From Cyanidioschyzon merolae (Eukaryota): 64,000 nt of DNA. A program made the translations under genes and the position numbers. The stretch lies in the NCBI GenBank assembly GCA_000091205.1, contig AP006493.2. One strand, given 5' to 3'. The notes beneath the pieces are model-generated. The model ran no database searches. It was not told where the DNA came from and saw only the letters and a list, made by a program, of their open reading frames with translations. Positions within the stretch are counted from its first letter, which is position 1. Each line of letters opens with the position of its first letter. Below, piece after piece: positions 42,347 through 53,754 of this stretch.

Positions 42347-44920
42347 ATGCAAGAAACGTCCAGTGAAGACATCGGTGCCCTTGGAAAGCTACTGGAGAAC
42401 CCGAGCCCAGAGAGAGGCGGTGAAACAGGTGTCAGCGCTCTTGGGGCCAACGCGAAGCAGCACGTTTCCGTAGGCTCTACAGCGGAGTTTGACCGAGCGG
42501 GTACGAGCGCCAACAGTACACATGTATCGAAAGAAGAATCTTCAAGTCGAGTTTTAGGCGGATTTTTTGATATACACCAGAGAGAGCCACCACCCGTTTC
42601 GCGTTGGCCGTGGTCAGCGACACACGGGAGCGCAAGCGGTTCTCAGTCGACGTGCCCCGGCAGTGATGAAACCAAAAACGGGGGAGAAGTAGCGCGTGAC
42701 GCCAAAGAGGCCATGCAGTCGCGTACCTATACGTCTCTTGGTGGAGCTACTCGCGAGGTATTGCGTGGTTCTGGTTACGGGGCGCCTGTGAAGGACCCAC
42801 TGGCTCATGATGACAACGACAGAAGCAGCCAAGGCATTGGCTATGTAAGTAGCACGAAATGGAGAGGTTTATCAAATCAGGGTACACCTCTGTCAATGGA
42901 CTACGGTGCCAGGGAAACGAGCAGCGTGCAGCGCATCACGAGCGACCTCAAACACCTAGCATTGTCGGCACTGAATGGATCACCGCTTGGCTTTGCGGAT
43001 TCCCCGGAAGGCAACGCCATGTCCAGTATGGACGTGAGCGATCTGCTTTCAGTCTGCAAGCACGAGTCTTTCCAGCCGCGATCAATGGTCATCGAGCAGC
43101 AAGTCGCGCAAACGCCGCAGCGACGTGAGTCGGTGAGCTACCACATGGACCTCGCTGTGGATGAAAGCTCTGGTTTGCAACGTGACAGGTTCGTGCAGGC
43201 ACTGGGTTCGGGACACAGCACCGCACCGGGCAAGGAACTGGACCCTGTTGTGGTTCAAAGCTTCGGAGCGGAGCCAGGGACGCACGACGCCACCGAGCGA
43301 CTTGGGAAAGGCACTAGGTCCGAGCGCATTTCCACAGCTTTCGCAGAATCTTTGCCAATGCCCGCGTCTCGCCCAGAGACGGACACTCTCTTGCACCGGT
43401 ATGATCGTACTGATGAGAAGGCCGCCGATGCACGAGAATGGATCAGAGCAAACCGATCACCGATTACAGACCAGGGCTCGCTCTCAGTTTCTCAGTCTGT
43501 CTATCAGCATGGAAACATTCCCCGTGGTACGCGTTCAGAGGCGGCAGACGACGCTTTGAATGGGTCAGCAGCGACGCAACTGCGCAGCGATGCATTTCAC
43601 TCGAGTTCCCGTGTATGGGGATCTGCGCAACCCGAATATCCCGGTGTCGAGCAGCGTGTCCACGAGGTGGTCCATATATCCCGGCGACTTTCAGCGCTCG
43701 ACAAGACGCGCAGTACTTGGAGTGAAGAGACGTCCCGCGGTCCACGTGTGCCCGCCGGCGATCCCGATTCATTTCGTCAGGAGGCCGCGAGACTTGTTGA
43801 AAGAATTCGCCAGCTCGAAGGTGATTTACATCGTTCATCAAAGGAGCATCCGCGAGCAAATCCAGTGCGGGGCTCGGTCGCGCCTCCAGAGCGCCGCCGC
43901 TGCACCCCCGAAACGCTTCCCGTTGGAGCTATAGAGTCGAGAGCGCCTGATGTGCCAGCATCAAGTTCAGCGCATGTGGACGACGGTTTGGCCGTCGACC
44001 ACCGTAGCACCGGAGCAGAGCACGTCGCATCTGGTGGCGTCTTTCGGGAGACTGGAATCGGAGCCCGACGAGATCTTGATTCTACGGCACGTGAGCGTTT
44101 CCGAGAAACGCCTTCGCATGTACCTAATGCATTGCTCTCTGGGGAACGTCCACTGGACGAGCAGGGGCTGCTCGAAGCGCATGAGCTGCGGCGCTCACCG
44201 ACGCTGTCAACAGTAGATTCGACCCCAGTCAGCGTATCGCCGCTTCACACGCCGGTTGCGCGGCAAAGCTCCATAGAGCGCCGATCGCTAGCAGCCTCGG
44301 ACCATGCAAGTTGGTCGCAACCCGCACCTGACCACTCGGAACGGCACCATACACATGTTCAGACGAGTGGTCAAGAAGCTTTTAGCGAATTGCCACGAGC
44401 AACACTACGTCAACGGCTAGAAATCACCCTACGGCAACTTGGTGAACTGCAGGCTGTCGTAGACCAGCAGTTTGAAGTAATCGCTCGACTAGACGAAGAA
44501 AGGAGCGCCTTACAAGAGCGGCTCGCAGACACCACCGCGCCCTCAACGCCCATGCGTACGGCGAGTACGCAAACCGAATACTCCAAGCTCACAGCGTCAT
44601 CGGATGATGATGATGATGAACAACCACCAACAGCCGTGTACTGGCAACGCAAGTACGAGCAAGCCTGTCGCGAATACCGCTTCTATGCTTCCCAAAAATC
44701 ACAGGCGCTTCGTATTGCACAGCTCCGAAACGCGAAACTCGAACGCCTCGTCGAACGCCTCCAAAAGCAGCTTCACGAGGCCGAAGCCGACATCACCGTC
44801 GCCAGGGAACGCTTGACGAGGCTGCGACGAGAGCACCAGCGTTTGCGGACCTGGGTCCTGGAGAACGGCCTCACTTTGAGTCCCCTGCAAAAGCTAGAGC
44901 GTGAAAGCCCTAGTCCGTGA
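42347..44920 (+). CDS. Hypothetical Ser-rich protein (857 aa), largely disordered, with a C-terminal coiled-coil
   Basis: A long uninterrupted ORF. The C-terminal ~150 aa ('LRQRLEITLRQLGELQAVVDQQFEVIARLDEERSALQERL...LERLVERLQKQLHEAEADITVARERLTRLRREHQRLR') is strongly heptad-like. I recognise no enzymatic motif. Confidence 0.5.
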   Translation: MQETSSEDIGALGKLLENPSPERGGETGVSALGANAKQHVSVGSTAEFDRAGTSANSTHVSKEESSSRVLGGFFDIHQREPPPVSRWPWSATHGSASGSQSTCPGSDETKNGGEVARDAKEAMQSRTYTSLGGATREVLRGSGYGAPVKDPLAHDDNDRSSQGIGYVSSTKWRGLSNQGTPLSMDYGARETSSVQRITSDLKHLALSALNGSPLGFADSPEGNAMSSMDVSDLLSVCKHESFQPRSMVIEQQVAQTPQRRESVSYHMDLAVDESSGLQRDRFVQALGSGHSTAPGKELDPVVVQSFGAEPGTHDATERLGKGTRSERISTAFAESLPMPASRPETDTLLHRYDRTDEKAADAREWIRANRSPITDQGSLSVSQSVYQHGNIPRGTRSEAADDALNGSAATQLRSDAFHSSSRVWGSAQPEYPGVEQRVHEVVHISRRLSALDKTRSTWSEETSRGPRVPAGDPDSFRQEAARLVERIRQLEGDLHRSSKEHPRANPVRGSVAPPERRRCTPETLPVGAIESRAPDVPASSSAHVDDGLAVDHRSTGAEHVASGGVFRETGIGARRDLDSTARERFRETPSHVPNALLSGERPLDEQGLLEAHELRRSPTLSTVDSTPVSVSPLHTPVARQSSIERRSLAASDHASWSQPAPDHSERHHTHVQTSGQEAFSELPRATLRQRLEITLRQLGELQAVVDQQFEVIARLDEERSALQERLADTTAPSTPMRTASTQTEYSKLTASSDDDDDEQPPTAVYWQRKYEQACREYRFYASQKSQALRIAQLRNAKLERLVERLQKQLHEAEADITVARERLTRLRREHQRLRTWVLENGLTLSPLQKLERESPSP

Positions 44921-45886
44921 TCACCGAGCACACCTCCCGTCGTTGACAGTACCCGGACGCGGCCAGGTGCCGGCCGCAGCAACGAAGCCGCGTTCCGCAG
45001 CACTATGAGCGCAGTACAGCGCTCGCGATGGAGAACTGCCTCACCGTTTCATCCAGTATCGTAAATATCGCCGAGGGGAGTTTAAGCACCCCGGGGGCAC
45101 TCGAGCTCACTTGCCAACGCGCTCCGCTTCCAGTCGCCGGTCTCGCTCGTACAAGAGTCGATCCCAGCGATCCTGACCGACTCGTCGACGCTCACCGGTC
45201 GCAAGCCGGTGAAAAACACCTTGCAACAAACCCATGGACGCCACGGCAACGGTGACGATAACTAGAGAAGGCACGACTTCTGCCCACGCCATGCTTGCGA
45301 GTCGAATACGCCGTAACGTGCAGAGAGGCATCGGGCTCGCCTCGCCTCGCCTCGCTTTCATGGGTGGCGGCACACGCGTGAGCAATCGCGCACTCGTGCA
45401 AACACTCGCCGAATAGTCTTATTTCTGGACTTTATGGACAAGGATGCGGCGGGCGATGCGTCGATTGCGGAAGCGATCGACCGTTCTCGTGTATTGTTGA
45501 TGCCGGGGGCGCTGCTCGACACCTAGGTCCGTTCTTTGAACACGAATCCCAGGAGATTCTCGATGAAGCAATTGCTACTCGCTTCCAGGAGCGAATCCAG
45601 CATGCCACAAGATGCCTTCGCGTTCCACATCATATCCACCTCCAGTCATCCGCGCCCTCGGGGATTTGCGTCCGTTCACACACACACGATCCCTCCTATG
45701 CCTAGTACCTGGTGTGCGCGCCCTCTACGACGCTTTCCGCGCTTCTGCGGACGCAGTACCAATACAGAACAGCTTCCCGTACCTGGATTCATGTCCAAAC
45801 AAGAGATCATATGCGTTCCGTGCTGGAGCAACAGCAGCACGTGCCGTACACGCACACACGCACAGACGCACTAGTGCTGGGACACG

Positions 45887-46083
45887 CACATTTTTTTAAC
45901 TGACAAGACGTATACTCAGGCCAGCGTTCTCCGTTATACGCTTTTTCTTTTGCACATTTTTTAACTGACAAGACGTATACTCAGGACAGCGTTCTCCGTT
46001 ATGCGCTTTTTCTTTTGCACATTTTTTTAATTGACAAGACGTATACTCAGGCCAGCGTTCTCCGTTATACGCTTTTTCTTTTC
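45887..46083. repeat. Tandem repeat, ~65-bp unit x3
   Basis: 'cacattttttt aactgacaagacgtatactcagg[c/a]cagcgttctccgttat[a/g]cgctttttcttttg' starts at 45887, 45953 and 46018. The array ends in 'ctttttcttttcttacttttgtttttcag', about 290 bp upstream of the TSG101 ORF. Confidence 0.9.
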
Positions 46084-46373
46084 TTACTTTTGTTTTTCAG
46101 TGCGCGTTGAAGTACCTCCATCCATGGGACACGCACAGGCTGGCGCATCGCCCGCGCCAGCGCTCGCAGACACGCCGATCGCTCGCCACTCGACGGTGCA
46201 GATCGATGCCGCGGCACGCGCACAGCGCCATCCATGGAACGAACGCTGCGCACATTGCGCTAAGCAGCGCTGGTACAGGTGCGTCTCTCCGTGGTCGGCG
46301 AAACAGGTGCCCGCCAGGGACGGTGGCACTTAGACTTGCTGGGATCGATTAAGGGTGTATTTTGTAGCTACAT

Positions 46374-47513
46374 TTGGACTCGTCTGCACCGGAAGGGTGT
46401 CCAGGTAAACGGAAAAATATGCCAGGAGAAGCGACCTCTACAAGGCAACCTGGACGAGAGCTGCGAATGAATCACGTGAACAACTTGACAATGTACGAAC
46501 GCCGGAACTGGCCGCGGATAGTTCAGGACATTGAGGAAACGCTGCGTCAGTGTCCGTCTCTGCTTCCGGCTATCGCTGTGCGTCGCTTTGAGGACGGACG
46601 GGAACAGCGATTGGTGGTTTTGCGAGGGACGGTACCCATATTCTATCGTGGTGTCCAGTATAATATTCCGATGGACTTTTGGTTGCCGGCGGCGTATCCA
46701 GCAGAGCCACCTGTGCTCTATGTAGTTCCGACGAGGCACATGCAGATTGTGCCCATGCATCCGCACGTTGGTAGTACGGGTCGGGTGTACTTGCCTGGCC
46801 TAGTGACATGGAATGCGAGCGAAAGTCGCTTGCACTTTATTGTTGCGGAAGTGAGTTCAAACTTTAGTAGGCGTCCGCCGGTTTACTCCATTCATCCGCG
46901 CAACACGCATGCGACGCAACAGAGTCGTCCTGCGGGAACTGGCGAGGCAGCGACTCCTGGGCATGCTCCGACTGCTGCGACTGATGCAGCGACGGGGGCA
47001 ACACAGCATCCCGGCCGCACCGTCCTTCGTCAGCGAATACTCGAGCGAGCGCGACGGCGTTTCAGGGACGAATTCAGGCGAATAGCGGAGCTACAGCAAG
47101 CTTTAGAACAGGAGGTGGCAGCTGCGGCGCAACTTCACGACGACCAGGGAGCGATGAGAAGCACAACGCCCCCCGAAGATATGGCAATCATTCAGGAGCA
47201 TGCACGTGTATCCCAAGAGCTCCAGGCGGTTCGAGAAGAAGTCGAAGCGCAGGAGGAATGGATAGATGCTCACCGGGAATTAGAAAGCGACCCGGATCTC
47301 GAGACAATCCTTGCATCAACGGACGCTCACACCAATATGGTGACTGAGGCGCGAGCATCGGAACTCGCCATCCAAGATACACTGCAGCTTCTAGAAGATG
47401 CACTGCGCCGGGGGCAAATCGATATTGATAATTTTCTGCGACTCGTTCGGGAGCTTGCCTATCGACGCTTTTTCATCTGTCGTCATCTGCGAACGCTGGA
47501 TGGCAACACGTGA
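46374..47513 (+). CDS. VPS23: ESCRT-I subunit TSG101/Vps23 (UEV domain, coiled-coil, C-terminal steadiness box)
   Basis: The UEV domain 'RIVQDIEETLRQCPSLLPAIAVRRFEDGREQRLVVLRGTVPIFYRGVQYNIPMDFWLPAAYPAEPPVLYVVPTRHMQIVPMHPHVGSTGRVYLPGLVTWNASESRLHFIVAEV' aligns with TSG101 (…[41 protein letters not shown]...GKIYLPYLHEWKHPQSDLL...). The C-terminus carries a coiled-coil and 'YRRFFICRHLRTLD'. The start may instead be Met at 46467 (MNHVNN). Confidence 0.8.
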   Translation: MDSSAPEGCPGKRKNMPGEATSTRQPGRELRMNHVNNLTMYERRNWPRIVQDIEETLRQCPSLLPAIAVRRFEDGREQRLVVLRGTVPIFYRGVQYNIPMDFWLPAAYPAEPPVLYVVPTRHMQIVPMHPHVGSTGRVYLPGLVTWNASESRLHFIVAEVSSNFSRRPPVYSIHPRNTHATQQSRPAGTGEAATPGHAPTAATDAATGATQHPGRTVLRQRILERARRRFRDEFRRIAELQQALEQEVAAAAQLHDDQGAMRSTTPPEDMAIIQEHARVSQELQAVREEVEAQEEWIDAHRELESDPDLETILASTDAHTNMVTEARASELAIQDTLQLLEDALRRGQIDIDNFLRLVRELAYRRFFICRHLRTLDGNT

Positions 47514-47730
47514 TCCTCGTCGGTATCGGAGGCTGCACTGGAAACAGGTGGCTAGCCCCATCGATGCAGATCGCAACTTGCAGCGGTTCTTGTCGGGGAG
47601 AGTGTTCGCTCGGTGCAGGTGCCCCGATCAATGCACACCGCCAGTCACCCGGACGAAGGCCTGATACCACGACATGTATCCATGGTGCATCGCATTTGTA
47701 CCTGACGTGGACCGTCCTGCCGCCGTGGCG

Positions 47731-47854
47731 ACATGAAAAGCATAACGGAGAAGGATGTCGTGCATGAACATCGCTGCAGCGGGTGACGATGTATCTATGG
47801 CAACATGAAAAGCATAACGGAGAAGGATGTCGTGCATGAACATCGCTGCAGCGG
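47731..47854. repeat. Direct repeat, 2 x ~52 bp with a 20-bp spacer
   Basis: 'acatgaaaagcataacggagaaggatgtcgtgcatgaacatcgctgcagcgg' occurs at 47731 and 47803. It produces repeated peptides in the spurious ORF 47473..48144(-). Confidence 0.9.
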
Positions 47855-50800
47855 ATAACGATTCGTTTGGCGCTCTGGGAAAGAGATCTCGCTCGCCGGT
47901 CGTTCGGGTTCAGAGAATGGACGGTACCCTCGTTCAGGGTCTTCCGTCCGATGCAAGTCGCTTCTGTGGCATCTTGTCGAAGCGCACTCGCAGCGTACCC
48001 GACGGAGGCGTCATTGGTCAACGGCAACAATGCGCACCACGCATTCGAGAACGTCAATGCATCGGGGTCCCGTACCAGCAGTATCTCAGCGCCGCAGACT
48101 GCCTGGGTACACTTTGTCGCTCCAGTGCCATGGATCTGCAGCACAATGACATTATCCGAGAGACAGGGCCGCTTCGTCTGCCTATCAAGGATCTGGATGC
48201 TGCCGTTTTCATGGTGAACACGATCGCATATTGTGATCTGTCACCGAAGCGGTAGTAGAGTCCAACGCCTCCAGCGCATGTTCGCCTGTGTGCGAGGTAA
48301 GCATCTCGATGCTGAGGACGCCACATATTGCGCTGGTGGTTATCATGCTTATGCATTGATGCACAGTAAACATTCTCTCTGTGAACTCGTGTACAATGAT
48401 GCGGTGATTGGCGTTTCCCCCATCTATCGAGTTAGTTAGCTGCACTGCGCTGTCCAGTGCACCACCATCCTCTCGGATCAACGCTTAGAGTCGTCTTTCG
48501 AAGGACACCGCTGCTCGCCCAACGGTCGGTTTTCAAGTCAACTTGCACAGAGTATTCACTTTAAACTGTTTGCATCAACCAGAGATGACGTTATGGGTAG
48601 CGCGCGACCGTGCCAATGCAACAGCAAGCGTCACCAGCGATGTGGCCTGCGCACCACTGCGTCCACAGAAGAGACGCAATCAACTGGTTTCGAAACGATC
48701 CAAACCGACTCGGTGCTGGAACGCATCGTCTTTACTTTGATCTGGATACCCCGACGACGAGAACGTATGTCTGTGCAGCATGGTACAGTGTTCGCCTACA
48801 ATTTCAAACCAGACGGTACAGTGAATGCTAGAGAATGATCGGACACCAGGAGTGTTTAAAAATAACGCAGAAGACTCGTTCTTGGTGTGTATGGACGGCT
48901 ATCCAGCATCTCTGGATCCCTCAGCCGCACCCTGCAAGTGCACTGCTTCAGGTGAGCAAGCCGTGGCCTCTCTCTCTGTCTCTCTGCTGGCCACTGAGCG
49001 ATTCCCCATCACAAGTCCGCAGCGATTCAGCATATCACGCCCGTACACGGCACTAAAGTACTCACTGAACGATTCGTTCGATGCATAACCGTTGCACGAT
49101 TTGGAATCAAACGACCCATTTCCGAATGTTGATCGAGGTGTTCTGATATCGGTGCAGAAACTGCCTGCGTGTATGGACGGTGGCGAGAATCACACGATAT
49201 CACGCCGATTCCTGTCGTTTTCCTCGTTATCCAGCGTTCGTTCACCTTACTCTACACCATCCCGTGCATTCAGCTCTATTTCACACGTTCATTCACTACC
49301 TACTTCAACGTGCACTTGTACTCATTCTGCGTCCATGTCGTCCTGAACACATCTACGCCCGTAAAGCAGCGTCGATACCAGCACTCTATGTGTGCCGAGG
49401 TCGAGGGCGCACGAGTGCAGCATTTGCGCACCACGGCGTGTCCAGCGTCATAGGATACCACCGGCAGACGACGCGATGTATCAGTCATTTCTTTTTGCGG
49501 CTCATTGAACAAGCTGGAGAGTCCCCAGCGCACGCTCATGGAAGCCTGCACAAAGTCGTCCGCTTGGTCCATATGGACGTTCATAGATACGCTCAGTGAA
49601 CGAGGCTCAGAACAAAGCATGCGGCTCTGCTGGGCACTTTCCTGAGCGTGTCAAAATTGGTCCGAGCGCCATCATTCCCTTTTGTTGGTATGCTTCGTCG
49701 CGTCCATGATGTCTAGCGTTCGATAACCATGCCCCGGAAAAGTTGGGGAGCTTCACTTGCTTTCCGTTCAGGTTTTTGGCTCCATCCTCTCAGCTTCCAT
49801 GTGCAGAAACAGCTGCATTGTTCGCCAACCCATGATCTAGGCTCACCACGAAGTTTTGCTCTTCACATACTTGAGCATTGAACATGCATCTCGTCGCTCG
49901 ATGCAGACCAAGGTTTCAAAATAAGACATGCAGATTGACATTCCGTCGGTCTCCATTGTTCCTGAAAATTTATTTTTATTTCTTTCCTGTACATTAGAAA
50001 GCTTGAGCGAGCTCAACGGATACATTACGCAAAGCTTTTCGAATGCCTCCGGGTTGCTCGCGGTGACCAGCTTCTTCTTCACCTTCTCCGGTCCGTTGTG
50101 TGATGCAGTAGACGTGGTAACCATACATTATATCTATTTCCTATCATTCGGATTCAGATGAAGTGGGTAGACGGCGACACTGAATCTCGCCTCTTCTATT
50201 TATTTATTTACTATTTCTCATGTATCTTTTAGGCAGCTTTTCCGTACCGAGGCCGCCCACTGCGCGAATTGAAGGTTCCCGTTCCCTCCTGCGCACGAGC
50301 ACAAGAGCAGAAGAGCGAAAGCTCACTTCAGGGATGGTGGAGGTAGTAGAGGATGATTCGTCGATGAAAGCTGTCATAGATGCGAAGACTCATCCATCGA
50401 TACGTGAGCGTCGACAGGGCATTTCGCAACAGCGAAGAAGCCTCCCACAGGATTCATCCAGGGAGAATAGACTGGGATGAAGAGCAGCTCTATGCAAATT
50501 TCACTTGGTTATTCGTTAACCGCTTTTGAGTGATGGAGAGCGACATTATCCAAGAGCATGACAGAGGAGTGTGGGAAGAACAAGCCACGAAATGTGCTTC
50601 GACACCGAATGGAGGGTAGAACGATCCTGTCCGTTTGACGATTTGTAGGCGACCCCACATCAGCGTCGCATCTTAAATGGATATTGTCGGAATGTTCCAT
50701 TTTCTGTTCAAAAGAACCGGTACTTTATCCAGCTTCGGGTACCCGTGTACAGGTCCAATCTTTCTCCCGAATCAAGTTTCATCGAATGAGACGAATATCC

Positions 50801-52217
50801 GTCCCTATTGTAAGAAGAGATCGCGTTTTCGTGCAAAATCGATCGTTTGTTTTTCTTTTGCGAGCGACGCTTCCGTACAAAAGCGAGCTATCTTATTTTT
50901 CCATCAGTATCTCTTCATAAGCGTTCGTAGCGTCGGTGCGGAAAAGTTCAAATTCTGTGGCGTTGTTGGCAGTATTTCTTGGAGAACCTATTGAGTGGAA
51001 TGGATTGAATAACAGATGATGGTGTAGATGGAATTTCGTTAGTCCTGGTATGGACGCGCCCTATTCAGGATGAGGACTGCGAGAAGGAAAGCTCATCCAC
51101 ATACTGACTAACTGTAAAATGCCTGGTACCTATTAGGCCGTGTTCCGTAAGCTAGCAATAATATCATAACGTCTGTAAGCGAGTGTTCTCCAGCCTACTG
51201 GATAGATTCCAGTTTTCGAATACCTTCGAGAGAAACAAACAAAACATTCATTGCATGTTGCTCCATGTGTTTGAGAATTCACTGCACTGGGTACAGCGCA
51301 GATTGCGTTGTATGAGGAGCTCAGGAAACACAGTCGTATTCGAATTATGACTCGGAAACCGGCGTCTACCCCAGACCGGAAACGCCTTTCGCACGTGATC
51401 GAGACAGAGCTCCAAGCCAGTGCGCGTTCACTGGAAAGCCTGCTCCTCTTCCGCTTCCTTCGCTCCATGGAATCGTGCTCCCGTCAGCGCGAATACGCGT
51501 CCATCACGAGACTGTTACTCGCGACCCGGGTACCTAAAACGGCAACGTTTTGCACAACGGCCAGAAGGTTTTACGTCCAATACAAAACATGTACTGTTGC
51601 GGACCCGCAAGCTCCATCGCTGCTCTTTCGTTCATACTAGATTATCGGCACAGAGAAACCGCGGCAACCGGCATCCAAGCAATCTCCAAAACAATCGCGG
51701 ACCATGATCGTCTGCGGAGTGTGTCTAGAATCACATTCCTTTTGTGCAAGCCGGACTGCTTCGGTCATGATTTGTCAGTTGATCAATCGAATGATCTATC
51801 TGCTGTTTATCCTACTCGTTGCCCGTTTTGCAACGCTAATTGCACACTCACGTGACCAGAGCGGGAAAGCGGAACCAAATACCACTCCCATGACCCCAGA
51901 AGGCGACGCAAACGCTCGAACGCAATGCAACATACACAACTCTGCAACTTGTGAGACATACTCTACAGCGTCGCCTGCAGGAGTTGAAGAATACTCGATG
52001 TAGAGTGTAAAGGGTGCAGTTTGGTTCAAACCTGTTGACTGCACGCGCAAGGCAAATATCCCAGAGGCGATGGAGCGCAGTTTGCAGCTTCTTGGACGGT
52101 TTGCACTGCACAGAACGTGCAGTGTCCGCCAAGCAGGTTCAACAACGAAAACAAGCAACACCGCGAACTACTGACGAACGCTGCTGAAGCAAGCAAGTGT
52201 CGCCAAAGCAGTCAGAC

Positions 52218-52733
52218 TCAAGCGTCCATGGCAGCCGGCTGGTCACTACGCGTGAAGCCGTTCTGCGCCAACTCCGCTGCAAGCTTTGCAGCAAAGTCCT
52301 CGTCCTGATCGATCATTTCCCAGTCATCTTGCCATTCGAGTTCATCCTCTTCAACAGCAGCTAGATCTGGTTCCCAGTTGTGAAGTTCAAACTCATCAAA
52401 GTCGTCATCTTCTTCAAAAAAGTCCAAATCGTCCTCGAGTCGATCCGCCCTCTTTTGCTCGCCTTCCACCGCAGCAGGAGACCGCTTTCCCTGTTCTCCC
52501 CCTTGTCTCGCGCTCTGTGCGGCTTGCCCGTTGGTGTGGGTATTGTTCGGTTCCTCAGGCATGAGGTTCTTTGGTTCACTAGTCACGACAGCAGTCGTAG
52601 CTACGTACTGGTGCAGCGCGCACAACAATGGTCGCGCCATGCTTACAGCGATACGCACTCCAGCTCTTGAACGTGTTTCACCGCTTCGACTCGTGTGATG
52701 CTCAGTGTTCGGCTCGTGTCCGTGATGGTGCAA
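52218..52733 (-). CDS. SEM1: DSS1/SEM1 (26S proteasome lid subunit / BRCA2 partner); conserved acidic C-terminal region
   Basis: 'LDFFEEDDDFDEFELHNWEPDLAAVEEDELEWQDDWEMIDQDEDFAAKLAAELAQNG' matches DSS1 ([50 protein letters not shown]). The likely true start is an internal Met, e.g. MPEEPNN at 52562 (114 aa). The ORF-opening Met at 52733 would give 171 aa. Confidence 0.7.
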   Translation of the reverse strand: MHHHGHEPNTEHHTSRSGETRSRAGVRIAVSMARPLLCALHQYVATTAVVTSEPKNLMPEEPNNTHTNGQAAQSARQGGEQGKRSPAAVEGEQKRADRLEDDLDFFEEDDDFDEFELHNWEPDLAAVEEDELEWQDDWEMIDQDEDFAAKLAAELAQNGFTRSDQPAAMDA

Positions 52734-53754
52734 CAGCTAGACAACAAGGAGCAAGAAAATAACGCACGAGTGATTGTCCTGTGCTGAAACTGAGAAGTCT
52801 ATGGCTTCGGAAGCAATGCGCATGAGCGGCTTTGGAAACTGTTTTTCGGAGCGCAAGCACCTGGGGCCAGGTTGACTAGCAATGCAAGCGCCAGGGTTAC
52901 ATACCGTTGCTTGAACTGTATTGAGCTAGGGATGAAAAGGTAAACTGTGCTCTCGTCCTCTAGTTCTGGAGACCGTTTAGCAGGGAGCGCGGCAGGCCAG
53001 GTGGCAAGCGCCGCTCCTCACATCCGTACAGCGAGTCAGTTTGTTTTAGTGAACCTGCTTCGCTCCGCTCGGAAAGCTGCTCAGAGCGAACGAGCCTTGT
53101 ACTGGATTACACTGGAATATTTGCGTTTTCTCCTTGTTCCAAGGAGGTTCACAAGGCTACCACGCGAATAACTCGGATACCGTGAACCTGCACTGACTGG
53201 TTTCACTCTTGATGAGCCACGGATACCGAGGTTACGCCGGACTGAACACCCTCTTGGAGTACGAGAGAGATACTTGGAAAGCATCTGAGCGGACGTTTGA
53301 CTGAGCCTGCTACCGGTACACCACAGATGTCCATGACTGTGGGCCCGGAACAAGCGCGTATCCCGTGAACGAAAGCGTCATCGTAGCGCCTCGGCACGAC
53401 GATGAACTCCGATCAACATGGATACCCACATTGTGCTGAATCCGAGCCGACAATCTCTATAAACCCGGCACTTGGAAAGTGTTCGAGGATGCCATTCAAT
53501 ATAAACTTTTGGAATACGCTTGCTACCGATCGTCATGAACTAGATATTGCATGTCGTGTCGTATACGGCGGTACGCGAAGGACTGTTTGCTGGGGCAGCT
53601 CTCTAAATGAGACCAATGCTCGGTATCTTTAAACATTACGCGAATTTCTCTTGTGCATCATTCCCCAGGAAAGCCAGCAACATAGACGGGGACAGCGTAC
53701 TCCTCGCAGCAGCGCGCTCCCTGCGAGACTGTTCATGCTGCCGCCACCCCGCTG

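Noticed and set aside
47473-48144. A 223-aa minus-strand ORF with the internally duplicated peptide 'RCSDVHARHPSPLCFSC'.
   Set aside because: The duplication simply reflects the 52-bp direct DNA repeat. No homology is found, and it overlaps the 3' end of TSG101.
49843-50124. A 93-aa minus-strand ORF 'MVTTSTASHNGPEKVKKKLVTASNPEAFEKLC...' with a GTAATGT...CTAAT...ACAG intron-like signal.
   Set aside because: I could not match the peptide to any family. Intron-like hexamers occur by chance in AT-richer DNA. Kept only as part of the gene-sparse-region finding.
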